Assembly: GCA_016210205.1 (NCBI GenBank)
Contig: JACQUO010000023.1
Location: 3,788-67,787 of the forward strand
Length of the DNA stretch: 64,000 nt
Direction of reading: 5' to 3'
Source: Chloroflexota bacterium
GTDB lineage: Bacteria; Chloroflexota; Dehalococcoidia; JACQUO01
The translations under genes were made by a program, and so were the position numbers. Shown one piece after another: positions 29,572 to 38,502 of this stretch (the stretch's first letter is position 1; each line of letters opens with the position of its first letter). The notes under the pieces are model-generated. The model had not been told where the DNA came from. It made no database searches and worked only from the letters and a program-made list of their open reading frames with translations.

Positions 29572-30753
29572 ATGCGCCTGGCCAAACGGATTGAGAAGCT
29601 GCCGCCCTACCTCTTCGTGGAGATAACCAAGAAGATAGCCCAAAAGCGCGCCCAGGGCATCGATGTCATCACCTTCGCCATCGGCGACCCGGACCTCCCT
29701 ACGCCGGCTCATGTCATCGCCCGCCTCACCGCGGCCGCCCGCGACCCCGCCAACCACCGCTACCCCGAGTCCGACGGCCTCCCCGAGCTGCGGCGCGCCG
29801 TGGCCGGGTGGTACCAGCGGCGCTTCGGCCTGGCCTTCGACCCCGACAAGGAGGTGCTGCCCCTGATTGGCTCCAAGGAGGGCATCGGCCACATGGCCCT
29901 CTGCTTCATCGACCCCGGGGACATCGCCCTGGTGCCCGACCCGGGCTACCCCGTTTACTCCATCGGCACCATGTTCGCCGGCGGCGAGTCCCACTACCTG
30001 CCCTTGCGGGAGGAGAACGGCTTCCTCCCCGACCTGGACGCCATCCCCGCGGAGGTGGCGCGGCGGGCCAAGCTGCTCTGGCTCAACTACCCCAACAACC
30101 CTACCGCCGCCGTGGCGGACCTGGACTTCTTCCGGCGCGTGGTGGCCTTCGCCAAACGCTATGGCATCGCCGTATGCCACGACGGCCCCTACAGCGAGGT
30201 GGCCTATGACGGCTATAAGCCCGTGTCCTTCCTCCAGGCCGAGGGCGCTCGCGAGGTGGGGGTGGAGTTCCACTCCTGCTCCAAGTCCTTCAACATGACG
30301 GGGTGGCGCATCGGGTTTGTGGTGGGCAACGAGAAGATGGTCAACGCCCTGATGCGGGTCAAGTCCAACCTGGACTCGGGCATCCCCCAGGCCCTCCAGC
30401 AGGCCGCCATCGCGGCCCTGGAGGGGCCCCAGGACTGCATCCCGGAGCACAACGCCATCTACCAGCGGCGCCGGGACAAGGTGCAGGCGGCCCTGGCCAA
30501 GCTGGGTCTCAAGGTCTATCCCTCCAAGGCCAGCCTCTATGTCTGGGCCAGGGTGCCGGAGGGCTGCACCTCGGCGGAGTTCTGCGCCCAGCTCATCGAG
30601 GAGACGGCGGTGGTGGTGACCCCGGGGTCGGGCTACGGCCCGTCCGGCGAGGGCTACATCCGCCTGTCCCTGACCACCCCCGACGAGCGGGTGGAGGAGG
30701 GCCTCTCCCGTCTGGCGCAGTGGCGCCGCGGGGAGAAACTTCACATAAAGTAG
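29572..30753 (+). CDS. class I aminotransferase, LL-diaminopimelate aminotransferase (DapL)-like
   Basis: A fold-type I PLP enzyme with KLPPYLF at the N-terminus and a PLP lysine (SCSKSFNMTGWRIG). Adjacent to dapF. DapL cannot be distinguished from a general alanine/aspartate aminotransferase without a search. Confidence 0.6.
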   Translation: MRLAKRIEKLPPYLFVEITKKIAQKRAQGIDVITFAIGDPDLPTPAHVIARLTAAARDPANHRYPESDGLPELRRAVAGWYQRRFGLAFDPDKEVLPLIGSKEGIGHMALCFIDPGDIALVPDPGYPVYSIGTMFAGGESHYLPLREENGFLPDLDAIPAEVARRAKLLWLNYPNNPTAAVADLDFFRRVVAFAKRYGIAVCHDGPYSEVAYDGYKPVSFLQAEGAREVGVEFHSCSKSFNMTGWRIGFVVGNEKMVNALMRVKSNLDSGIPQALQQAAIAALEGPQDCIPEHNAIYQRRRDKVQAALAKLGLKVYPSKASLYVWARVPEGCTSAEFCAQLIEETAVVVTPGSGYGPSGEGYIRLSLTTPDERVEEGLSRLAQWRRGEKLHIK

Positions 30754-30757
30754 GAGT

Positions 30758-32032
30758 ATGCGACATAAAACATATGATGTTGACATAAACAACACTCTGA
30801 AGAGAGCTGCGCCACGGCCGGTGGCCTACCCTACCAGACAGCCCTCTGAGCGAGCGACGCTGGTGTCTGTGGCCCAAAAGGGCCAGGGCGCCTGGAAGAC
30901 TAAGGATTCGCTTCAGGAGCTTGCCCAGTTGACCGCTACGGCAGGAGCCACAGTCTTAGAGGTAGTCGTCCAAGTGCGGGAGAGCCCTCATGTGGCCACC
31001 TACCTGGGGAAGGGGAAGCTGGAGGAGCTGGCCGGGCTGAAAGGGGAGACGGACTACGACCTGGTCATCTGCGACGACGAGCTTTCTCCCACCCAGCAGC
31101 AGAATTTGGAGCGCGCCCTGGGGGTCAAGGTCATCGACCGCACCGCCCTCATCCTGGACATCTTCGCCCGGCATGCCCGCACCCAGGAAGGCCGCCTCCA
31201 GGTGGAGCTGGCCCAGGCCAAATATCTCATGCCCCGTCTGGCGGGCCAGTGGAGCCATCTGGAGCGCCTCGGGGGTGGCATCGGGACGCGAGGTCCAGGG
31301 GAGACCCAGCTGGAGACAGACCGGCGATTGGTGCGCCGCCGCATCCAGCGCCTGGAGCGGGAGCTGGAGGAGGTGCGCCGCCATCGGGCCTTGCACCGCC
31401 AGCACCGCGCTCGCCAGGGGCTCAAGCTGGTGGCCCTGGTGGGCTACACCAACGCCGGCAAGAGCACCCTCTTCAACGCCTTGAGCCACGCCCAGGCTAC
31501 CGTAGCCGACAAGCTCTTCACCACCCTGGATCCCACCACCCGTCGCCTCATCCTACCAGGCGGCCCCGGCGCCCTCCTCTCCGATACCGTGGGCTTCATC
31601 CAGAAGCTTCCCCCCGCCCTGGTGGCCGCCTTCCGGGCCACCCTGGAGGAGCTGGAAAGGGCAGACCTCCTGCTCCATGTCCTGGACATCAGCCACCCCA
31701 ACGCCGCCGCCCAGGCCGGGACCGTGGAGTTGGTCTTAGAAGAACTTGGGTTGGGGATGAAACCCAGGGTCTTGGCCTTGAATAAGGCTGACCTGCTCCT
31801 GGGGCAAGGCTCTTGGGAGCACTTGGAGCCTTTTAGCGCTTTTCTCGAGGACAGTGGCCATGGGGCAGCGCTAGTCTCCGCCACCAGGGGCTGGGGCCTA
31901 GAGCCGCTTAAGGCGTCCATCGCTGGAGGTCTCGCCTTGCCAGCCTCTGATGAGAAACTACGCATTTCGCCGGAGCCGGCGACTTCGCTGGTGAAATCAC
32001 TCCAGGCCCTCCTCTTGACAGACAAGGCCTGA
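30758..32032 (+). CDS. hflX: GTPase HflX
   Basis: An HflX N-domain and a GTPase domain (VALVGYTNAGKSTLFNAL, DTVGF, NKAD) are present. Confidence 0.85.
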   Translation: MRHKTYDVDINNTLKRAAPRPVAYPTRQPSERATLVSVAQKGQGAWKTKDSLQELAQLTATAGATVLEVVVQVRESPHVATYLGKGKLEELAGLKGETDYDLVICDDELSPTQQQNLERALGVKVIDRTALILDIFARHARTQEGRLQVELAQAKYLMPRLAGQWSHLERLGGGIGTRGPGETQLETDRRLVRRRIQRLERELEEVRRHRALHRQHRARQGLKLVALVGYTNAGKSTLFNALSHAQATVADKLFTTLDPTTRRLILPGGPGALLSDTVGFIQKLPPALVAAFRATLEELERADLLLHVLDISHPNAAAQAGTVELVLEELGLGMKPRVLALNKADLLLGQGSWEHLEPFSAFLEDSGHGAALVSATRGWGLEPLKASIAGGLALPASDEKLRISPEPATSLVKSLQALLLTDKA

Positions 32033-32054
32033 TATTGTAGTCTTATTTCGTCTA

Positions 32055-33041
32055 ATGAACCTTAGGCGAAACGCAGCCTGGAGGTTGCCCATGACCGCCC
32101 CGGATATAAACGCCCTGGCGGAGGATTACCTGGTTTATTTAGAGATAGACCGGGGCTACTCGCAACGCACTTGCCACAACTACCGCCTGTACCTGGGGAG
32201 GTTCCTGGACTGGGCCGCCCAATACGCCCCCCAGTCCACCCCCCAGACCCTGACCGCGGAGCTGCTCCGGCGCTATCGGCTACACCTTGCCCGCCTGAAG
32301 AGCCCCCAGGGAAAACCCCTCGGCAAGACCACCCAGAACTACGCTTTGATTGTGCTCAGGCAGTTCCTGCGCTATCTCCTGGTGAAAAGGGACCTGTCAA
32401 CCCTCTCGCCAGACAAGTTGGACCTGGCCAAAACTGATGAGCATTATGTCAACTTTCTCCGAGAGGATGAGCTGGAGCGCCTGCTGGCGGCCCCTGATGT
32501 CGCCACCCGCCAGGGGCTGCGGGACCGGGCCATCCTGGAGACCCTCTTCTCCACCGGGCTCCGGGTCTCGGAGCTAGCGGCCCTCAACCGGGAGCACGTC
32601 TGGGAGCGGCGGGAGTTCTCGGTGGTAGGCAAAGGCGGCAAGGCCCGCCTGGTCTTCCTCTCCCCAGAGGCGGCAGGATGGCTGGTTCGCTACTTGGCCA
32701 GCCGCCACGATGACTTCCGCCCCCTCTTCATCCGCTACAGCCGCGGCCAGTCCCCCCAGAAGGGTGGCGAAGGGATGCGGCTCACCCCCCGCTCCATCCA
32801 GAACATCGTGAGCAAATATTCCCTCAAGGCAAGCCTGCCCTTTAAGGCCAGCCCCCACACCCTGCGCCACTCCTTCGCCACGGACCTCCTCCAGGGCGGG
32901 GCGGACCTCCGCTCCGTGCAGGAGATGCTGGGGCATGCCAGCATCAAGACTACCCAGGTCTATACCCATGTCACCGATGGTCGCCTCAGGGCCACCCACC
33001 AGGAGGCCCACCGGCGCCATAGGGACAAGGGGCCAAAGTGA
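32055..33041 (+). CDS. xerD: tyrosine recombinase XerC/XerD family
   Basis: The R..HxxR..Y catalytic tetrad context is present (HTLRHSFATDLL...LGHASIKTTQVYTHV). No flanking island is seen. Confidence 0.75.
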   Translation: MNLRRNAAWRLPMTAPDINALAEDYLVYLEIDRGYSQRTCHNYRLYLGRFLDWAAQYAPQSTPQTLTAELLRRYRLHLARLKSPQGKPLGKTTQNYALIVLRQFLRYLLVKRDLSTLSPDKLDLAKTDEHYVNFLREDELERLLAAPDVATRQGLRDRAILETLFSTGLRVSELAALNREHVWERREFSVVGKGGKARLVFLSPEAAGWLVRYLASRHDDFRPLFIRYSRGQSPQKGGEGMRLTPRSIQNIVSKYSLKASLPFKASPHTLRHSFATDLLQGGADLRSVQEMLGHASIKTTQVYTHVTDGRLRATHQEAHRRHRDKGPK

Positions 33042-33058
33042 CACCGTTATGTAATGCA

Positions 33059-33090
33059 AACAGAGCCTGGGGCGTGCCCCAGGCTCTGTT
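33059..33090. terminator. bidirectional hairpin terminator between xerD (+) and the thiolase gene (-)
   Basis: Perfect 14-bp stem AACAGAGCCTGGGG-CGTG-CCCCAGGCTCTGTT with T/A runs on both sides. Confidence 0.55.
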
Positions 33091-33120
33091 ATTGATGAAA
33101 CTCAGGGCTTTTGGCCGAGC

Positions 33121-34290
33121 TTAAAGCCCTACGATATTGACCGCGGTGTTGCACCCGCCCGGGCCACCGCCCAGGTTGTGCACTACGGCGTATCCATCCT
33201 TCTTCCGCTGCCGCGGGCCCGCCTTGCCCTGGAGCTGCTTGTAGCACTCGTACAGCATACGCAGCCCGCTGGCCCCGATGGGATGTCCGTAGGACTTGAG
33301 GCCGCCGTCGGGGTTCACCGCCAGCTCGCCCTCCAGCTCGAAGACGCCGCCTTCGATGAACTCCTTCATCTTGCCCCGGGGCGCCCAGGCCATGTCCTCA
33401 CATATCACCAGCTCGGTGATGGTGAAGCAGTCGTGGACCTCGGCCAGGGTGATTTCCTTGAGGGGATTCTTGATGCCCGCCTCCCGGTAGGCCATCTGGG
33501 CCGCCCGGGTGTTCTCCTCAAAGTGGGTGTAGTCGTAGTCCGTGCGAATCTGCCCCTCCCCAGGCCCAGAGACCAGGGCACAGGCCTTGACGAAGATGGG
33601 GTCGGGCCGGAACTTCTTGGCCATATCCGCCCGGCAGATGACCGCCGCCGCCGCGCCGTCGGAGACGCCGCAGCAGTCAAACAGCCCCAGATAGGGCGCG
33701 GCCACCAGGGGAGCCTTGATGGCCTGCTCCAGGGTGATTTCCCGCTGGAACATGGCCTTGGGGTTCAGGGAGCCGTTGTGATGGTTCTTCACCGCGATGC
33801 GGCCCAACAGCTCCTTGCCCTTGGCCTGGTCGATGCCATAGCGATGGAAATACCGGGGCGCCAGCCGAGAGAAGCTCCCGGGGGGCGTGCCCCGGGGCTC
33901 CACGCCGGAGTTGGGATAGCCGCCGCCGCCCAGGCCCGAGATGCCGGCGTCCTTGAGCTTCTCGAACCCCAGGGCCAGCACCACATCGTAAATCCCTGCC
34001 GCCACCGCATAGCAGGCGTTGCGGAAGGTGTCCGACCCCGTGGCGCACATGTTCTCCACGCGGGTCACCGGGATATACTGGAGCTTTAAAGGCCGGGCCA
34101 GGCTCATCCCCGTGGTGCCCTGGGTGGTGCCCACCCAGGCCGCCTGGATATCCTTGGGCTCAATGCCGGCGTCTTCAAAGGCCTCGAACGCCGCCTCTAC
34201 GATGAGGTCGTCGGCGTCTTTGTTGAAGTGCTCTTTGAAAGTGGTGCAGCCCATCCCCACGATAGCCACGCGATTCTTAATCGTTTCCAT
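33121..34290 (-). CDS. thiolase (archaeal-type acetyl-CoA C-acetyltransferase, SCP-x-like)
   Basis: Thiolase fold with active-site Cys regions (VENMCATGS and DCCGVSDGAAA near the C-terminus). 389 aa. Confidence 0.75.
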   Translation of the reverse strand: METIKNRVAIVGMGCTTFKEHFNKDADDLIVEAAFEAFEDAGIEPKDIQAAWVGTTQGTTGMSLARPLKLQYIPVTRVENMCATGSDTFRNACYAVAAGIYDVVLALGFEKLKDAGISGLGGGGYPNSGVEPRGTPPGSFSRLAPRYFHRYGIDQAKGKELLGRIAVKNHHNGSLNPKAMFQREITLEQAIKAPLVAAPYLGLFDCCGVSDGAAAAVICRADMAKKFRPDPIFVKACALVSGPGEGQIRTDYDYTHFEENTRAAQMAYREAGIKNPLKEITLAEVHDCFTITELVICEDMAWAPRGKMKEFIEGGVFELEGELAVNPDGGLKSYGHPIGASGLRMLYECYKQLQGKAGPRQRKKDGYAVVHNLGGGPGGCNTAVNIVGL

Positions 34291-34387
34291 GTCAGTGGTT
34301 CCCTCCTTGATTCAGGCCAGCCGTTCCTATTCCATTGGGGTCGATAACCCCCCACCTCGCTCCCGATAACGCCGGGGAAAGTCAACC

Positions 34388-35806
34388 TTACCGTACAGGC
34401 CTGGTCTTCCAGTAGTAGTTATGGATGCCCAGGAGATGGGAGACCTTGCGGAAGGTCATCTCCACCGGGGTGTCTATCTTTATTTCTGCGATGTCTCTAT
34501 CGGCGCACTCGAAGGCACCCCGTCCGCCGCCCTCGAAATCCACCACCGTCACCGTGGTGGGCGGGTCGATGGAGGCTGCCAGGTAGTCGTGAGTGAAGGT
34601 GAAGACCTTGGCCTGCTTCTCGGCCATGCGCACGTCCTCGAACTTCATCCCCTTGTCCTGACAATAGACGCAGAGGACCTGAGGCGGGAACTGGAGTTTG
34701 CCGCAAGCCATGCACTTGGCGCCGTAGAGGCTGAGGTTCTTCTTCTGCTCCCGCCACATGGCGGTCACGGAAGGTGGGATGGGAGCGGGTCGGCGGGCCG
34801 ATTCAGTGGGAATCATGCCCCGCCACTTGAGGTATTTCTGGTAGCTGGGCATCACCTTCTTGTTGTTGATGTACCCCTTGACGCCCCGATGGTCGCGGGC
34901 CTTCTCAATCTCGGGGGTCACCTTGAAGAGGATGACATCGCTGCCGTCTCCATAGCCCGAGAAGAGGATGGTGTCCCCCGCCTTGGCCTCCTCCAGGGCT
35001 GCCACCAGCATCAGGAGGGCCTCGGCGGCGCCGCTGTTGCCCACTGCATTAATGAGGGTGTCCTGGGTCTGGGCCGGCTCAAAGCCCAGGCTCTTGGCCA
35101 AGCCCTGGTGGGTCCGCAAATCCGGGCCGTAGGCCACGAACTTGGTGATGGCCTTGGGGGTAAGCTTGTGCTTAGACATGAACTGCTTCACCGCTGCGGA
35201 CACAGTGGCGGTGTAGCCTTCCCCTAAGATGAACCGGTCCTCCCAGGAGCGGACATAGCCGTCCTCAGCCGAGCGCCAGAGGTCGATGAACTCGTTGGTG
35301 ACGGTGTAGGTGTCCTCGACAGTGGCGATGACGTTCTTGTTGCCGATGAGGACGGCAGCGGCGGCGTCGCCCAGGAGCTGCTCGAACTCGCCCTGGGCAG
35401 CCCCCATGCGGCTGTCAGCGGCGGTCACCAGCACGCTGCGAGCCGAGCCGCTCTTGACCCCATCCAGGGCCAGGGTGATACCCGTGGAGGCGCCCCGGAG
35501 CGAGCCGTCCAAGTCCACACAGCGCGCCTCCCGGCGCAGGTCCGTAGCCAGGGCGATGGTGGAGGCTGCCTGCTTCTCCCGGTAGGGGGAAGAGGTGGTG
35601 GCGAAGAAGAGCCCGTCCACGGCGGAGCGGTCGACGCCCTTAAGGCAGTCCAGGGCGGCAGCCACAGCCATGGTGAGGCTGTCCTCGTCCCAGTTGGCGA
35701 TGGCTTTTTCCCCCTGGGCTGCGAAGCCCCCCCACGCCTTGGCAATATCGGCCCTGCTCAACCGGTTCCAGGGGATATACGCCCCATACGAAGTGATGCC
35801 TGCCAT
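34388..35806 (-). CDS. HMG-CoA synthase-like condensing enzyme fused to a C-terminal DUF35 (OB-fold / zinc-ribbon) domain
   Basis: The N-terminus MAGITSYGAYIPWNRL resembles archaeal HMGCS. The C-terminus has a CMACGKLQFPPQVLCVYCQ zinc ribbon and an OB fold typical of DUF35. Confidence 0.7.
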   Translation of the reverse strand: MAGITSYGAYIPWNRLSRADIAKAWGGFAAQGEKAIANWDEDSLTMAVAAALDCLKGVDRSAVDGLFFATTSSPYREKQAASTIALATDLRREARCVDLDGSLRGASTGITLALDGVKSGSARSVLVTAADSRMGAAQGEFEQLLGDAAAAVLIGNKNVIATVEDTYTVTNEFIDLWRSAEDGYVRSWEDRFILGEGYTATVSAAVKQFMSKHKLTPKAITKFVAYGPDLRTHQGLAKSLGFEPAQTQDTLINAVGNSGAAEALLMLVAALEEAKAGDTILFSGYGDGSDVILFKVTPEIEKARDHRGVKGYINNKKVMPSYQKYLKWRGMIPTESARRPAPIPPSVTAMWREQKKNLSLYGAKCMACGKLQFPPQVLCVYCQDKGMKFEDVRMAEKQAKVFTFTHDYLAASIDPPTTVTVVDFEGGGRGAFECADRDIAEIKIDTPVEMTFRKVSHLLGIHNYYWKTRPVR

Positions 35807-36240
35807 GATTACCTCCTCTAGCTCGAGTTTTACTGGGAATACCGGCGGTCTCAGCCAGAAGGCATCAATCTGCCCTCAAAAGACCTTGGGTAATCTTTGT
35901 CTCCCGGGCTCCACCGGGAGCCTTGCCAGTGGGCCGGGGAAAAAAGGGGCAAACGCGATGTTTAGGCGCCACGGAGATTAAGGTATGGGCCACTTCCTCA
36001 AGCAGGGAAGCCCTACTTGCTCGGCCAGGCTCCAGTTGGAGAGACGCTTTCTAGTCCCTTTGTGCAAGGGATATAAAAGGGTATGGGAAAAATAACATTT
36101 TTCCCCCCTTTTGTCAAGCTTGAGCCCGTATCAGTGGACTTTCACGTAAAGGTAAGCTTTCGCAAAATACCCTGAGTCCTGCTATGTTCAGTTGCCCGCC
36201 ATTTCCAAATATGATAGGCTTAAACACTAGATAGACCGAA

Positions 36241-37449
36241 ATGAGTCGCCTTAGGTATCTTTTCACTATGCTGAAGTCCAAAAAGCTCCTCTTTTTGACC
36301 CTAGCCCTGGTTCTGGCGGTGACCATCAGCTCCTTTGGGGCTGGCTTTCTCTTCGCCCGAGGCCAGAGCCCGCAGCCCAATATCCCCATCCCGCCAGAAC
36401 TGCGCAGCGTGGCGGAAATCTGGAACGTCATCCGAGAGGAGCATGTTGACCGCAAGACCTTGGATCCAGAAAAGCTGCGCCAGGGAGCGATTAAAGGCCT
36501 CCTCGATACCCTTAATGACCCGCATACCTCTTACTTGAACGCCCAGCAATACCGTCTTCAGACCAGCGAGTTGCAAGGCTCTTTCTTCGGCATTGGGGCG
36601 GAGCTGGGCCTCAGGGACTCGCAGTTGATTGTAGTCGCGCCCTTCCCGAACTCGCCGGCGGAGCGGTCTGGTGTCAGGCCAGGGGACAAAATTCTCTCCG
36701 TGGACGGCCTTGCCACCAAAGGCGTGAGCCTCCCCGAGGCTGTGCTGAAAATCCGGGGCCCCAAGGGAGCCAAGGTGGTCCTAACTGTCCTCCATGATGG
36801 CGACGAGACCCCGGTTGATATCGCCGTCATCAGAGATGAAATCCGCACTCGTAGCGTCATCCTTACCTGGCGCGGCGATAACATCGCCCACATCCGTTTG
36901 ACCACCTTCGCCCAGCGTACTGAAGAGGAACTCAAGGCAGCCCTAGAGGAGATCCGCAGCAAGGGCGGCAAGGGAATAATCCTGGATCTGCGCAACAACG
37001 GCGGCGGGCTCCTGACGGCGGCTGTGGGTGTTTCCAGCCAGTTCCTATCCGGGGGCCTCGTCCTAACGGAAGAAGACTACACCGGGCGGCGGAGCAGCCA
37101 GCGGGTTATCCCAGGCGGCTTGGCCTTGGAGACGCCCCTGGTGGTTTTGGTGAACAACTTTTCCGCCAGCGCCAGCGAGATTGTGGCCGGCGCCTTGCAG
37201 GACCAGGGCCGGGCCACGGTCATCGGGACCGTCACCTTCGGCAAAGGCACCATCAACCATGTGAGGGAGCTCCAGGACGGCTCCGCCCTCTATATCAGCA
37301 TCGCCCGCTGGTTCACCCCCAAGGGCCGGAAGATTGAGGGCGCGGGCATCACGCCGGATATGGTCGTCGCCATAAGCGAGGAGGACCGGGCCCAGGGCGC
37401 TGACCCCCAGCTCCAGCGAGGCCTGGACTATTTGGCCGGCCTGCATTAG
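36241..37449 (+). CDS. ctpA: carboxyl-terminal processing protease (S41 family)
   Basis: A PDZ domain plus an S41 catalytic region (LDLRNNGGGLL...FSASASEIVAGAL) are present. Confidence 0.85.
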   Translation: MSRLRYLFTMLKSKKLLFLTLALVLAVTISSFGAGFLFARGQSPQPNIPIPPELRSVAEIWNVIREEHVDRKTLDPEKLRQGAIKGLLDTLNDPHTSYLNAQQYRLQTSELQGSFFGIGAELGLRDSQLIVVAPFPNSPAERSGVRPGDKILSVDGLATKGVSLPEAVLKIRGPKGAKVVLTVLHDGDETPVDIAVIRDEIRTRSVILTWRGDNIAHIRLTTFAQRTEEELKAALEEIRSKGGKGIILDLRNNGGGLLTAAVGVSSQFLSGGLVLTEEDYTGRRSSQRVIPGGLALETPLVVLVNNFSASASEIVAGALQDQGRATVIGTVTFGKGTINHVRELQDGSALYISIARWFTPKGRKIEGAGITPDMVVAISEEDRAQGADPQLQRGLDYLAGLH

Positions 37450-37454
37450 GCAGC

Positions 37455-37475
37455 GGGCTTTCAGCCCTCGTTTTG
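37455..37475 (+). terminator. candidate intrinsic terminator after ctpA
   Basis: A GGGCTTTCAGCCC hairpin is followed by TCGTTTTG. Confidence 0.4.
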
Positions 37476-37510
37476 CCGCAACTCACCACTGAGTTGGCCC
37501 TTCTTCTCCC

Positions 37511-37539
37511 TTGAAGGCCCCTTCATATTTCGCTATAAT
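37511..37539 (+). promoter_or_regulatory. sigma70-like promoter (TTGAAG-17-TATAAT) for smpB-ssrA
   Basis: Hexamers read directly. Confidence 0.45.
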
Positions 37540-37551
37540 CTATCGTTGAGC

Positions 37552-38004
37552 ATGAATCCTAAAACTATCGCTATAAACCGCAAAGCCCACCACGACTACC
37601 ATCTCCAGGGGAGTTGGGAGGCGGGCTTGGTGCTCACGGGGACGGAGATTAAGTCCATCCGGTCCGCCAAGGTGAACATCCGGGATGCCTATGCCCAGGC
37701 GCAGGGCGGGGAGATGTGGCTGCATCAGGCCCACATCGCCCCATATGAAAAGGGCAACATCTATAACCACGCGCCGCTGCGACCGCGCAAGCTCCTTCTG
37801 CATAAGGCAGAGATTAGGGCCATGACCCAAAAGGCTGCCGAAAAGGGCCTGACCCTGGTGCCGAAAAGACTTTATGTAAAGAATGGCTATGCCAAGGTGG
37901 AGCTGGCTCTGGCCAAGGGCAAAAAGGCTTATGACCACCGCGAGGACATCGCCAAACGGGACGCCCGACGCTCCCTGGAGCGGGAGCTGGCGAGCCGGCG
38001 CTGA
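37552..38004 (+). CDS. smpB: SsrA-binding protein
   Basis: HHDYHLQGSWEAGLVLTGTEIKS is a SmpB signature. The ATG at 37552 is preferred over the upstream TTG. Confidence 0.9.
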   Translation: MNPKTIAINRKAHHDYHLQGSWEAGLVLTGTEIKSIRSAKVNIRDAYAQAQGGEMWLHQAHIAPYEKGNIYNHAPLRPRKLLLHKAEIRAMTQKAAEKGLTLVPKRLYVKNGYAKVELALAKGKKAYDHREDIAKRDARRSLERELASRR

Positions 38005-38019
38005 CCCTGCGGGATTGAG

Positions 38020-38378
38020 TTGAGCGTGGGGACGAGGGGTTCGACAGGGAAGGAGGTTACGAGATTGCAGGCCGAGGTGCCGTCACCCTCGATAATCAGG
38101 CGGCAAAATATAACTGGCGAACGTGAATTCGCACTAGCGGCCTAAAAGGCTGCTACGTCTGCCCCCGCCTCTCCTCCATGGGCAGGGAGCGGGCGACGTA
38201 ATGTGGAGGTGCTGTGGCCTTTACGCCCTTAAGGGCCGCCTAAGACCCAGGGGCTGGCCTCGGGAAGACTCGGCCGGTTGAGTCCCCCGGGGTGAGAGCT
38301 AAAAGCCGGAAAAGCCTGTAGCATATCTCGGACGGCCTTCTGCTGGACGGGGAGTTCGACTCTCCCCCGTCTCCACCA
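38020..38378 (+). ncRNA. ssrA: tmRNA (transfer-messenger RNA)
   Basis: The 5' GGGGACG pairs with the 3' CGUCUCC-ACCA to form the acceptor stem. A T-arm-like GGAGTTCGACTCTCC is present. The in-frame tag reading frame ...GGC GAA CGT GAA TTC GCA CTA GCG GCC TAA encodes GEREFALAA*. The gene lies 15 nt downstream of smpB. Confidence 0.85.
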
Positions 38379-38502
38379 CAACAAATCCGGGGCGATTAAG
38401 GTATGGTCGCCTCGAACTCCCGCCTTGGCGCAAATAATGCTATACTTAAGGGCGGCGGCTGGCCCCTCAGGGGCCAATTTTTGCGCTCCGCTTAAGGTGA
38501 CG

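Noticed and set aside
29554-30795. 413-aa minus-strand ORF
   Set aside because: It is antisense to the dapL-like aminotransferase.
32055-33041. XerD-like tyrosine recombinase as a marker of an integrated mobile element
   Set aside because: No att-like repeats, tRNA, phage or cargo genes and no GC shift are nearby. The gene sits between hflX and a convergent terminator, consistent with a chromosomal dif recombinase.
33178-35227. 303-aa and 268-aa plus-strand ORFs
   Set aside because: They are antisense to the thiolase and HMGCS-DUF35 genes.
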